Part shown: positions 40,842-53,300 of the stretch, piece by piece
Layout of the letters: each line of letters begins with the position of its first letter
How positions within the stretch are numbered: the stretch's first letter is position 1
Source of the DNA: Blasia pusilla
Taxonomy: Eukaryota
Assembly (NCBI GenBank): GCA_050084515.1
Contig: CM114271.1
Coordinates: 22,072,001 to 22,136,000 of the forward strand
Length of the DNA stretch: 64,000 nucleotides
Reading direction: 5' to 3'
Notes under the pieces: generated by a model
Seen by the model: only the letters and a program-made list of their open reading frames with translations
Database searches by the model: none
Told to the model about the DNA's origin: nothing
Made by a program: the position numbers and the translations under genes

Positions 40842-43800
40842 TAGCACGTATGTTAGGATAGATCGACGAGATCTAGTAGAGCGCCTTCGGAGATATTGGA
40901 GGAAAACATCTGGAGGTCGAGGATGACCTACGTAGGTTATGTGGCCTCAATAGGTCATTCTCGACCTCTTGAGGCCATAGATAACCTGTAAGACCAGGTT
41001 TCCCCTTTGTTTCGGCTCATTTGGAGCCATATTGAGAAACTTACTATTTTGGGTAAGATACTATTTATGGCATAGCTGACTTTCCACTTTGAGAAGTGGC
41101 CCTTGACCCGCTACAGCAGGTCAAGAGCCAAGGAGGTGACCTGCGAGCATAGGGTACCAAGGAGAGGGCTTGGGAGAGGGAAGGGGGCATAACTCCAAGT
41201 GAGAGAGCTCTCAAGCTCATTCTCTCTTTGTTGAATCTCTTCGCATGAGGCGGCGGAGCTATGGTCCTCCTTGACTTTTGTATATAACCCAAGCCTCTCA
41301 TTAGGAGAGTGGGTTTGGTTTGACATAAGAGAGAGTGCACACCATAGAGAACTTGGTGTGAGATGTTGATAGAGATTTGTTCAATTTACAAAGAGAGAAT
41401 GCGAGAGTGAGAGAGCTTCAATGGAGGAGTTTGCTAGTCACTTACTTTTGGTGGAGGTTGGGAATCGTTCCCTATTCAGCAGCTCATGGGAGTGCTCACC
41501 GGAGCTAGAGCCGCTTGATTTTGCTATTTTCTTTGACAATTTTCGTATGGGAGAGTGCCACGCGGAAGCGTTGCCAAATTTTCATTACAAATTGAGTATG
41601 GGGACGGATTTCCCCTTACCACTGCTCTTGGTAGCACCATGTACCTCTTCAATTTCTGATTTTACACGTTTGAAGTTTTCATTGGGAGAAATCAGCGCGG
41701 AAGCGTTGGCAATTTTTTCGTAGGAGTGCAGATTGAAGGGCTGTATGACAAGCCCTGTCAGTTTTTATTGGAAGGTCGAATGAAGAAAACAATTTGAGAA
41801 GATCATACATCAAGAAGCTATGTACGCCATGGAAGAAGCGGTGCGCAATTTCATCCTCTCTGCGTGAAGTTACAACAACTTTCGTTGTGCTGCCATAGCC
41901 ACCGTTTGAAGGTATGAGTGAAATTTCCAATTTCCTTTGGTAAATATCCTTATTGGAGAGGTAGAAAAGTTAAACTGTTGGGGAGAGTGGATAGGACAAG
42001 GGCTATATGGAAGTAGGAGTGAGTGAAACAATTTTTTGGGATGTTGACCCTCAATTTTAGGGGGAATTGGTGGAGAAGCATTCCAATTGCTAATCTATCA
42101 AAAGAGGGGTAGTCAACTCACAAGCAAAAAATAGTCGAAATCCGTATTTATAGGGATGTTTTTAGTAAAGAATCAAAAAAATTGAGAGGATACGTTGTTG
42201 GGTATGCCGTACTCAATCCTACCAACGGCTTAGTGCCGACCCCCGCTACACCCGATTTCCGTCGCGTGCGCCATGCGTCCTATCTGCGTCTTCGCTCCGA
42301 GCCGTTCACCGGCTTCGCGTGAGGGCCAAGTCCCTCAAGCTACCATGTCTCCCTATTGTTGCCATTGGAATCGAGGTTTCTTGAAACTGGCAGGGAAGGA
42401 TCATTGTACCCAGTTCATCGCCGACCACAAGCTTTCGGCCGCGTGTGTTTCGATGTTGTCCATCGACCTCAGGTCCCTGCCTGCCGCTACAGCCGTGTCA
42501 AAACGTAGGCACTCGCTTTGGGCTCCGACTGGACTTTATGAGCCGACCCTACAATCTAACAGCGCTTCTGGCCTGACTGCGTGGCCGTCGCCGCGCTCTC
42601 TTTCCTGGCTTGCTACTTCGGGGTTACAGTTGTTGTCGTCCCCACGTCTTTTGTGTTTTGCCATCCCTACTACTACTTCACCACGTCCCGGTGTTTCTCC
42701 GTGACCGCTGACCCTTGGTCCTCCGTGGCCTTGTTGCTGTGGTCGCCCGCATTACTGTCAATTACTGGGGATGCGCCTGCCGCCGACTACACGGCCTAAC
42801 TGCCTGTAATTTTGTGCTTTCGTCTTTTGGTCCTCACAGCCGACCTTGCCATGTCGCCCGGCTTCTTCTTGCTGAGCCGTTCCTAGTCCACCATTAGCTA
42901 CTACGCCTGTTGCATCACCGTGGTCCGCCTAAGCTGCCGACTTGCCGTTGCTGTTGCTAGTCCGATTGCTTGGAGGTCGCCACCTTGCAACCGCGACTCA
43001 CGGACGTGGCACTATCCGATTGCCGTCAGTGGGCCCGTCCACCCGTCATCTTTTCCATCAACCTATCGCTGTTCATCACCGTTCGTGCCGTCGGCTTACT
43101 ACCATTTCTTTTTCAATGGTTGTAGGAATCCGGATGCAACCACCATTGATTGGGTGATTTAATGCCGCCATGACGCAGTTTGTTCTAGCCGTCCTTGTCA
43201 TAGTAGTTTCATCATCTAGCAAATGAGGACCGGCCATTCAACGACCATGAGTAACATTTTTGGATTGATGGGGGTCGCTATTTTCCATGTTTAGTGATTG
43301 GTAGCTGCTCGAGGACGATCGAGTACCGTGCCGTGACGCCCGTAGTTGCAACACACCGCCGATTACTGCGTCGTGCCGCTTGTGGCCGTACCTCACCGTC
43401 TCGATCGCGGAGCTGTACCATGACTTAGAGCAGAGCATATTTTGGTGTTGAGTAGGATATGTCGCATTTCATTCTTGAGTGTCGTGCCATTTGTAGCCGC
43501 AGGACCCGCATCGCACATCGAGGAGATTTGAGAATTTCAGTACCACAGAAGTACGACTTGATGATTGGAGGAGTTTGTCTTTACGACCAAGTTGGGATCA
43601 AGATTTGCAATTGCTGAGGAGCGACATCGATATTTGTTGTCAAGTTACCCAGTCTTGTCTTTTGCCCTGCATGTGTTAGGGATTTCCGAGTATTGGGTAG
43701 TTATTTGGGATATTGGGTTTTGTGCGGATGTTGAGAATATCGTTGATATATGGGTTTAGGGGATATAGACCTGTGTGGGATGTGCAGAGTTGGGGTTATG

Positions 43801-46800
43801 TTCTGTCGATGAGATGATAGGACACTAGTTGATTTGCCGCACCACGTCGCTTGTTGTAGCACAGTACACCTCTCAATGAGAGAGTATAGATTGAGTGCCG
43901 CATGTTTAGTTTGAGTGATTGAGTGACAACTTGCGAGATGATAGTAATCGCGTGAGAGGGGCACGAGGGTCATCATGGCATCCTTTAGGGAGTTTGAGAG
44001 GCAAGGTGGTGAACCTGAAAGTAGCTCTAGAGGTTTTATTTACGCTGATTGGCGCAAGGTTTCAAGGATCTCCACGTGAGGGACCACCTCGACCTCCTTA
44101 TGTGTTGTGTGCACACGAGGGGAGAGTGTAGAGGAGTTTGTTAGTGCATCACTGCACACATTGAGTGGTCCTATTAGTTGGGCGTACAAGATGGACAATC
44201 GGGGTAGAGGACCCCGTAGGTTTTTGGGTGCTTTAGGCACTATAGAGTTACACGACTTTATTGTGGAGTTTAGGGGTTGGTGTGACTCGCAACGGGGCTA
44301 GGAACTCTAGAGAGTTCAACCCGTTCACAACATGGAACGATATGTTCCAACATTTAGAGGGGGCGCCCAAGGACGATTATCATGAGTTCTCCCAGAGATA
44401 TTGTTGCGACCCTCATAACCAAACAACACCAAATAGGTGCCAAGCAGAACATCAGAACTCAAGTGGACTCACGCTGCGATGTGCTTGCTATGGAGAGGCG
44501 TTTGGAAAGGTCTCTTGGAAAAGACCAAGAGACGAAATGCGGAATAGAGTTGTGCGTTTCATGCGTTAGTGGTCGCGACTAGGAAACCTAGAACAAATGT
44601 GAGCGAAGACTTGAGATGAGTTGGGTTTTGGAAGGTTGGTTGCCAAAGAGATGAGAACCAGTTTTGGAACACGACTAGTGTTTGGGAAATTTGATTGTGT
44701 TTTCGACCATTAAGTTTGGTTCCAAGATGCGTTTGGAACAACTAAGGGCGTGTTGGAAAGCTTATCTTGAGACGCTTCCAACGCACCAAAGTTCTTTGAA
44801 AAGCATGAGTATAGACTGAGATATTGGCCGAAAACGACTGTGAGAGCAATCGGGTTGAGGGCCAATTGGAGAGGCCCGGGTGTCTTTCCCTAAATGTAGG
44901 GAACCCCGGAGATCCCCAGAATTACTAGTAAGGGAGGAGTCTCTCCAAGATATCTTGGAACACGAATCCCCACTTTGAGCACCAAACGGCATCTCAAAGG
45001 CACGGGATGGAACGGGAGTTTGGCGTTGGAACTCGAAACCCAAACCTGATCCAAGGGAGTGGACTTTGTACGCCACACTTGGATTCCAACCCAAGATTCA
45101 CTTTGTGCGAGTCTCGGTTAGGGACTCATTGGATGTCCATTGGAAATTTGGAACCGCCAGGCACAAAATGCCGTTTGAGGTTCCTAAACGGACCAGAAAG
45201 TCTGTCCCAAGTCTTGCAAGACTTGCCCGCGTTGTAAACCGTGAAACTAGGAAGGTTGAGGTTGATGAGAGACCAAGATGATAACTCGGAAAGTTAGCCG
45301 GATGATTGACCCAAGACCCGACTAACCAGAGTGCGTGTTTGGATGCAGCTTAGCGTTGAGAGTGTGACCTACTGAATGCATGCTTGCGCATGACAGATAT
45401 GCCCAAGAGATTAAGGCATGGAGACTCTACTATGACCCACATTATGTGTCATGGACTAAGCCATTTCCAGATGAGGAGGGAGAGTCAAGAGAGGCTACTT
45501 CCTCTTCCACCAGTGATGTTTTAGGAGGGATGACTCGAATTGGAGCAGTTGTATCGTCCAGTCGGGTTCGTCCTAGGTTCAACCCCATGGCTAAGTTCTT
45601 TGGAGAGTTGCAGACAAGCTACCAAGGGATACAGACGGAGAAGTTGCAGAGCATCCACGACTTCGAGAGGTGCACGGGTGAGAGTTAGCATGAGGCCTAC
45701 ACTCGCTTGCGCCAGTTGATTAGCATCACTCAGGGGTGACAGAGTCCCACGCTATCCAATCATGGTACGCGATGCTGGATCGAAACCTGCGGACACGGGA
45801 GAGGGATGGGGTGCTTCTAATGCACACCTCACCTATGTTGAGAGATGTTTTAATCACCGGTGAGAACATTGAGGGCAACATGGCGAAGGAGAGCATAGCC
45901 ACCATGGGTTCTGGGCGAGAGCAGTCACGATTGCCTATACCACCAATGGAACAACGTGGATTTTGAGAGAGGCTTGTGGCACCACGAGAGAGGATATCGG
46001 GAGGTCGTGCCACAGAGACCTCTTCTTTCATATGCGGCAGTTGTCGGTCCGTGTGGGCCTAGAGGTCGTGCACCAAGTGGTCCTATTGGAGGACAAGGAG
46101 TTAGATTTTCCCGTGGAGAAGGTAGAGTTGCGCCACCTAGACGCATGGAGGGAGATGCCGGGCGTGAGGCTGGGTAGGCTGCTCAAATACAATAGCAGAT
46201 TTCCGCTATGGCATTGAGGTTATCTGATGCTGAATCCGTGGCATCGACGTCTTTTGGAGCAACCGGAGATATGGAGGCTCTTGGCTCGATGTGCGCGACT
46301 GTCTAGTAGGAGGGAGCCACTGTTGCTACACGTGGAACGTCCGTAGAGTTGGATCCATAAAGAGGGGAAGCCAGGAAATAGACCAGGCTTCCTCAGTCTT
46401 TCACCTTGTCCGAGGAGATGAGGACCCCATCGATGGGTCCTGATTAGAGTTCCCTTAGAGTTGATGTTGTTGGCACGGAGGGAGATGGGAGAAGCGAGTA
46501 CGAAAACTCCTATTGCTGATGCTCTAGAGGAGCATGTGTTGAGTATGATGTTGAGGGCGGCCATGATGGTGTATCATGATCCGCTCTTTTCTGCTTCTGA
46601 TGTTATGACGTTGGGAGGTACACCCGCAGAGACTTTTCGGCTGGCTGCTATGCTATGTGAGTGTGGAGATGGTGTTCTTGCATCACATTCAAAGGTGATT
46701 GCAGAGGAGGTGATGGACCTGCCCTTGGAGCCAATGCTCGGGCCGTCCACGTCAAATTCATGGCAGGTTGCGGCTGCTAGGATGGCGGAGATGCCCGCTA

Positions 46801-48280
46801 GATCCGCTATAGAATGTGCCATGGTTGCTGCAGGTGTTGTGTTGCTGGATAACCGAGGAGAGATCTTAGAGTTGGTGAGTCAAGGAGGTAGATTTTTTTC
46901 TCCACAACGTGTCTTGTTAGATTCAGGAGCGCAACCTTAGCCGCATTAGGCATCGCCATCATATAGCCTTATGACTTGATTGAGGGGCATGTCCATGCAA
47001 AGAACATCTCCTCGCGTGACACTTGTAGGGAGAGGAGTGTTATGGTAGCCGCATCATTCCGTGGAGGAGAGGTATCATTGTGGGGCTCAAGTGAGTAGCT
47101 CCAACGCTTGGTAGATGAGCACGTGCAGATGGCGTGGAGTCACGCGTTTGCACCAGAGCGTGACAAAGGTGCAAACACGTGAATCCTGGCTACCTCGGAG
47201 AGGAACCCGAGGTAGCCGGGGAGTGCTACTATGACCCCTTTGGACACCACCGTACCCTGATCCTGTGGCGCATCCTAGAGGAGGGTATTTGCGTGTTGGA
47301 TCTCTTAAGAAGTATCAGCATTGGCTTAGCTGCTGTTTTGCAGGGACAAGTGCGTGTGCAAGAGGACTTGTATGTTGAGATTGATGATGTTGCGAGGCGC
47401 ATTTCACTTCACCATGTGGTGCAATTACGCCTCTGATTTCCCAAATTTTTGTGTGCGTCCGTCGTCTAGGGATTCCAGAGTTTCCTACCAAGGGACATTT
47501 CATTGTTGGGGGCGCAGGACTTGGAGCGGGCAGGGACCATAGATTTGGTCATTGCTAGTTGGTGGAGCCCAATGCCGATGAGTGAGAGCGAGCGATGGGA
47601 TTCTCCACAAGAGTGATGGCAGTACCATCAATATCAAAGGCATCACGACATCATATCTTGGGTCAGGCAAAGGACTTGAACTACTTCACATGGATTTTCA
47701 GCTTAAGAGTAGCTCAACAACATTGTTTGAGGAACTGTTGCGTTGGTGAGCCCCATGCCTATTGAGATATTCGAGGCATTGGTTGGAGGTGAGACTCGAG
47801 GAGATCGACACACTAGGAGTGATTGGTAGAGACACCCTTGAACTTGGGATGTTTTGAAGGTACGTCGGGAGATTATAGCTATAGCATCAAGCGTGGTTCC
47901 GGATACTGCACGTGGAGAAGATGAGATGAGAAGTTGCAATTGGTTGTAGGAGAGCATTCAAGTTCTACTGTCTGAGATAGAGTTGCACCATAGCAATCAT
48001 CAACACCCGCGCTGGAGAGTTCTACCGTAGTCACGATGGAGACTTGGGAGCCAGATATGGGCCTTAAGTTGACAAAAGGAGAGCAGCGGCGGATACATCA
48101 GTTCCTTAGGAGTTTTAGGATTTTCTTTGCATTTAGCATGCATGATCTGGGTATGCTAAAGGGTATAGGGATCCGCATTGAGTTCTTAAGCGACACGCCG
48201 ATCTTTCGACGACCCTACAGGTATAGTGACATGGAGAGGGCTTTGATTGAGAGTAGGAGCCAGGACTTGGTTGGAGCAGT
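40842..48280 (+). mobile_element. Gypsy-DNMT element D (5' part: LTR, leader, gag, protease, DNMT remnant, start of RT), interrupted at 48281
   Basis: LTR about 40842-41390 ending TTTACA. Gag about 44180-46200. Protease VLLDSGAQ about 46910. DNMT motifs at 47280-47620. RT start PIFRRPYRYSDMER about 48200. Colinear with elements at 50022 and 60986. Confidence 0.88.
44402..45395. mobile_element. Solo LTR (994 bp) inserted in the gag of element D
   Basis: TGTTGCG...CATGACA ends; perfect 5-bp TSD GATAT (44397-44401, 45396-45400). Removing it restores gag as seen uninterrupted at about 63500. Confidence 0.9.
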
Positions 48281-50021
48281 TGTTGTGCACATACAGATCG
48301 CTACACAACATACATTGCTTTCACCAAACATACACACAAACACGCATGATCCCAAGCTAACTCATGGCATCCAAACAATAAGACAAGAAGTACTAAAATA
48401 TCTCAAATCAATCGAGTCGATCTCTAATCAACATCTCACACCAAGCTCTCCATGGTATGCACTCTCTCTCTCATGTCAAACCAAACCCTTTCTCCTAATG
48501 AGAGGTTTGGGTTACATACACAAGGCAAGGAGGACCATAGCTAAAAAGTTACCACGAATTTCAAATTTAGCTCCTTCCTCACGCAGTGGCTATGGCAACT
48601 CCACAAAAATGATCATAATTTCTTGCTCCCATGTTCAAATTGTGCACTATTTCTTCCACAACGTGCATAGCTTCCCGATCTACAATAGCGTTAAATCAAC
48701 TTCTTCATACAACCTTCCAAAAAAAAAAACTGACAGGGATTGTCGTGCAACCCTTCAATCTGCACTCCCACAAAAAATTCAGCAAGGCTTCCGCGCTGAT
48801 TTCTCCCAACAAAAATTGCAAACCTATAAACACAACAACCAACAAGCTACAAGGTACTCTTGAGAGCACCAACATGGGGAAAATAGCCCCCATACTCAAT
48901 TTGTAACAAAATTTTGGCAACGCTTCCGCGTGTCACCCTCTTGTACGAAAAATCAGCAAAGGAATCAACAAAATTGAGCGGCTCTTGCTCGGGTGAGCAG
49001 TGCCATGAACCGCTGAACAGGGAATATGATCCCCAACCTGCAACAAGAGCGAGTGACCAGCAAGCTCCCCCATTGAAAATCTCTTTGTAAATCAAGTAGA
49101 TCTCTCATCAACATCTCACACCAAGCTCTCCATGGTATGCACTCTCTCTCATGTCAAACCAAACCCACTTTCCTAATGAGAGGCTTAGGTTACACACAAA
49201 AGGCAAGGAGGACCATAGCTTTGCCGCCTCATGCCAAGAGGTTCAACAAAGTGAGAATGAGGTCTAAAGCTCTCTCTTGGAGGTATACTCCCTTCCCTCT
49301 CTCAAGTTCTCTCCTCAGTAACCTATGCTTGCAGGTCACCTCCTTGGCTCTTGACCTGTTATAGCGGGTCAAGGGCCACTTCCCAAACAAGAAAGTCAAC
49401 TATACTCCAAATAGAAACTTACCCGAAATAGTGAGTTTCTCTATATGGCTCCAAATGAGCAGAAACAAAGGAAAAACCTTCTCTATGAGGTTACCCATGG
49501 CCTCAGGAGGTCATCCTCAACCTCCTGAGGGTTGTCTTGTAGTATCTTCGAAGGCGCTCTACTAGATCTTGCCGATCTATCCTAAAAGTTGTGACAAGTG
49601 TCCTACGCATACACATCGCTACACAACATACATCGCTGTCACCAAACATACACTCAAACACACACGATCCCATGCTAACTCATGGCATCCAAACAACGCG
49701 ACAAGAAGTCCCCCTAGATGGTGGTTAGGTCCCTCTAATTCCAGATAGCCATCTATCCCTACCTACAATGACATACATCTCTCAGACGCTAAGATAAAAA
49801 AAGTCGGGTGCCCAAGTGGCCCTATCCTTAGTCGCCTTCTTGTCACAGACAGAAGTCAAAATCTAGAACTACCTGCTCTATGTACATCTGGGACACATCC
49901 ATCATCCCTCAGGAACCCTAGTGAGAGATGGCGTCAAACATGCCATATGCAATCCTCTCGAACATCCATCACAGACTAGCATAGTGACTGCACCACGGGC
50001 CAAACCACACAACATACATCT
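48281..50021 (-). mobile_element. Gypsy-DNMT family element C, 3' end (PHD finger, PPT, B-A-...-B' repeats)
   Basis: PHD CMLCGLARGAVTMLVCDGCSRGLHMACLTPSLTRVPEG*WMCPRC at 50018-49884; PPT at 49717-49704; B 49703-49599; A 49596-49086; B' 48385-48281. Confidence 0.88.
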
Positions 50022-50389
50022 TGTCATGACCATACGGATTATGTCGTAGAGTATAGTGTGCTAGTAGAGGCCATACCTTATGTAGGGCCGTAGTGTCTAG
50101 GTAGAGATGCAGGTTCATACATAGGGTTGGGGGTTACTCCGTTGAGGGTGAATTTTCCAGTAGGGCCTGCTCTTAGGTTGGAGGATATAGTGTGGAGTGC
50201 ACTCAAAGAACAGTTAGTTCTTTGAGTTGAGCTTGTTGCGTTGGGAGTTAGCCTTGGTAGTGAGTAGAGCTCTTGGCTATGGTGGTTCCCGCAAGCTTCG
50301 ACCTCGATTCTCCCATCGTGGAGTGGGTTTGGCTCGATTGTATGTGATTCTATACGTATTTTATAACAATAGGTCTTTCATGGGTTTCA
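50022..50389 (+). repeat. A repeat (5' LTR-like), 368 bp
   Basis: TG...CA; direct repeat of 59243-59610 with about 17 mismatches counted by eye (about 95% identity). Confidence 0.95.
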
Positions 50390-53300
50390 CTCAAAGAAGT
50401 GGAATAGATCGATAGTACCTTCGATCGTGGATCAGTAGGATCTGGTTAGGGTTGATTGTGTACTCAGTAGTGGATGTTCATGGCTTTTGGCCTATGTTGG
50501 AGGTGTGAATCTAGTGCATGGTTGTTTGGGAAAGAATCGCCTTGCTAAGAGCTTTCCAACGCGCTTTAGATCCGCGGATTTTGTCAAGGGAGTTGGAAGT
50601 TATTAAGGATTGAAGATTCTGGTTCGTGTTCGACGGTTTTATGATTTAGAGAGCTTGGAGTGCGGAAGCTCTGTTGAAGTTCATCCAGATCGGGTGAGAG
50701 GTTCCTATTGCTACGTGTATTGTGATCTCATGTGAAGTTATCTGCTTGAGTGTGTGGAGCGTTGTGGATTTCTGTGTGCATGAATCTGGGCGGAAGCGAT
50801 GTTGGATTTGCAATTCTAGAGGTGTATGGACATCAAGTTTGTCTCATATTTAGCTTGGAGTATAGAGCTCGGTTGTAGCTGATTTTTTTATGGAGAGATA
50901 ACTATGGCGGCCAATTAAATTCTGGTTGAAACAGATTCAATTTTGGTTGAGGATTTATGGAGAAATTGTTGATCGAATTTTGCGGACTAGCTCAAGGTGG
51001 ACAACAGATCGGAGGGTCTGGTTGGTTTGTGACTCGTCCGTTGTTAGAGACGCCTATCTCGTTGGGAGCGCCCTGGTTGGGCATCTCTCCATAGCAAAGC
51101 ATGGCGAATGGGGCATGTCTCGAGCATCTCTTGTCGTTTGAGGCTTCGAGGCACCTCGTGGTAGCTTGGGACGAGTGGGCGTGAGAGGTGGAGTAAGGAG
51201 TAAGGAGCAAGGAGCAAGCAATCAAGCTTGCTTGCTTGGGCGTGAGGCAATTTTTGCAGGATTTGTGAGTTGAGTGTTGCATAACTGGTCACCCATCTTT
51301 GGGCTATTCTGCTTGGAAGACGCTTAACGGCTGAGTTCTTAACTATGTCAGTGTACACACTGGTGTAGCTCATTTGGTGTTGTTCAGAGATGTGTTAGGC
51401 GCTTTATGCATCTCACGTTTTTGGTTGATGTACCTCTAGCGCATAGTACGGTGTAGCCTCTCCATGCAGGTGATATTTTCACGTGCTGCGAGTGCGACTA
51501 GCACGTCATCGACCAGCGGCAGAGTAGCTATTGCGTTAGAATTTTGTGGTGGAATCTGTGGATTCAGAGGGTGCCACATTTGGTGGACTGTGTTACCTTG
51601 ATTTCCATTTGCGATCGGAGGGTTGTCGTTGGACTTCTTGTGTTCGGATCCCCTCCATCGTTGCTTCTTGCTTGCGCGCCCATTGTTAGGATTGACCTTG
51701 ATTTCCAAAGTAGTTTTACTCGTGTGTGCTACCGGTAGTGAGGCTGGAGTGATGACCAGTAGACCGTGGGAGGCTTCTTGTGGTGATGACATGTTAGGTT
51801 GCCCATAGCTAGTAGAGCTAGAATAGTACAGCGACATCAACATCACTTGGTTACTTAGTGGTGGTGATTTGGTGGTGGTGTGGCATCGACGTTGGTCATC
51901 ACGGAGCTATTTGGTGGTCTGGTTGGGGACCGTGGTACGGGCAGTGGTGGTTTTACATGGAGTGGATTGAGGTATCGGCTACCTTTTCCACTTCCGACGG
52001 TTGATGAAGAGGAGGACGAGGGTGTTCCAAACACCGAGTCTTTTACCTTGTTATCGAGTGTTGCAGCTCCATTGATTTGGGACATGGACGGGATATATGG
52101 GACCATGAAGGGCCCACCACGATACTCGAGTGCAGTGGGCACCATTGAGTTGGAGGACTTCATTCAATAGTTTGATACGTGGTGTGATATGCTAATGTTG
52201 CGGAACACCACGTTGTTTACACCCTTCTTGGCTTGGAAGGGGTTGTTCCAGCACTTGGAGGGACCACCCATGGACAATTACCATGAGTTAAGGAGGGACC
52301 ATGTTGGTGAGATTGAGGCGTGGAGACAATATTGGTCTCCAGGCTATGTGTCTATCACCCATGGTGGTATTGGTAGTAGTGCTCCTACTGTGTCAGCCAA
52401 TTTGACCTTGAGTAGTACAAGTACGAGCCGGAGTGGAGGTACCACTGGGGGTACTAGTGCTCCACCATCGTTCAGCCGGGTTGCAGAGTTCTTCAAGAGG
52501 TTGACGAAGAACTATCAGGGAGTGAAGATAGAGAAGTTGAGGAATCTTCAAGAATTTGAGCGAAAGACAGGTGAGAGACTTCGTGAGGCATACACTCATA
52601 TGACGCTTGATTTCAGTTACCTAGGGTGTGACTAAGGCTCAGGTAGTCTAGTTTTGGTATGGGATCTTGGACAAAGAGTTGCGCCGTAGGGTATGTGATG
52701 CTACTCTTATGAGTGATGATTCACCCACATTGGCCAATGTGTTTGCTCTATCTGAGAAGATTGAGCTTAACATGGTGGAGGAGAGAGTGGTGACATCCGC
52801 ATTCACTAGGGATACAACTACTACTTCTCGTGTTCAGCAGTCCACCTCACAGTCTCGTAGTGGTGATGGTGGTAGTAGTAGTGGGAGTCGTGGGGGGTAC
52901 ACACGACCTCAGTTAGGTCCTAGAGGGACACTTGCGCAGAGACCATTGCCTTCATTTGCTGCCCCGCAGCAAGGACAATCATGTTGGACATGTGGAGGTG
53001 ATCATGTCAGGAGGTTTTGTCTCCAAGAGGATGGGAGACGGACTTTGGAGGATGGGCCTCAGTCAGCCCCAACTCAGTGTGACCAAGTCATCCTCGAGAG
53101 CGTTGCTTTGATCTTCATCCAGAGTTGAGATCAGGCCGCGGACGTGGTGGAGTAGCTCCGAGAGGCCGAGGTGGTAGAGGTGGTAGGGATGGTAGAGGTG
53201 GACGAGCGGTTGGAGAGCCTATGGTGGCTATCCCTACCACTACGACAGTAGTCACTATGGTGCCGAGATTGAGCTTGATTGGAGCAGAGGTTGGCTACTA

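Noticed and set aside
48036-48863. 275-aa ORF as a novel gene
   Set aside because: Chimeric read-through from element D's RT start into the reverse strand of element C's terminal repeats at 48281
51436-52163. Antisense ORFs in the leader as an extra gene
   Set aside because: Low complexity, no recognisable domain, not shared with elements D and E
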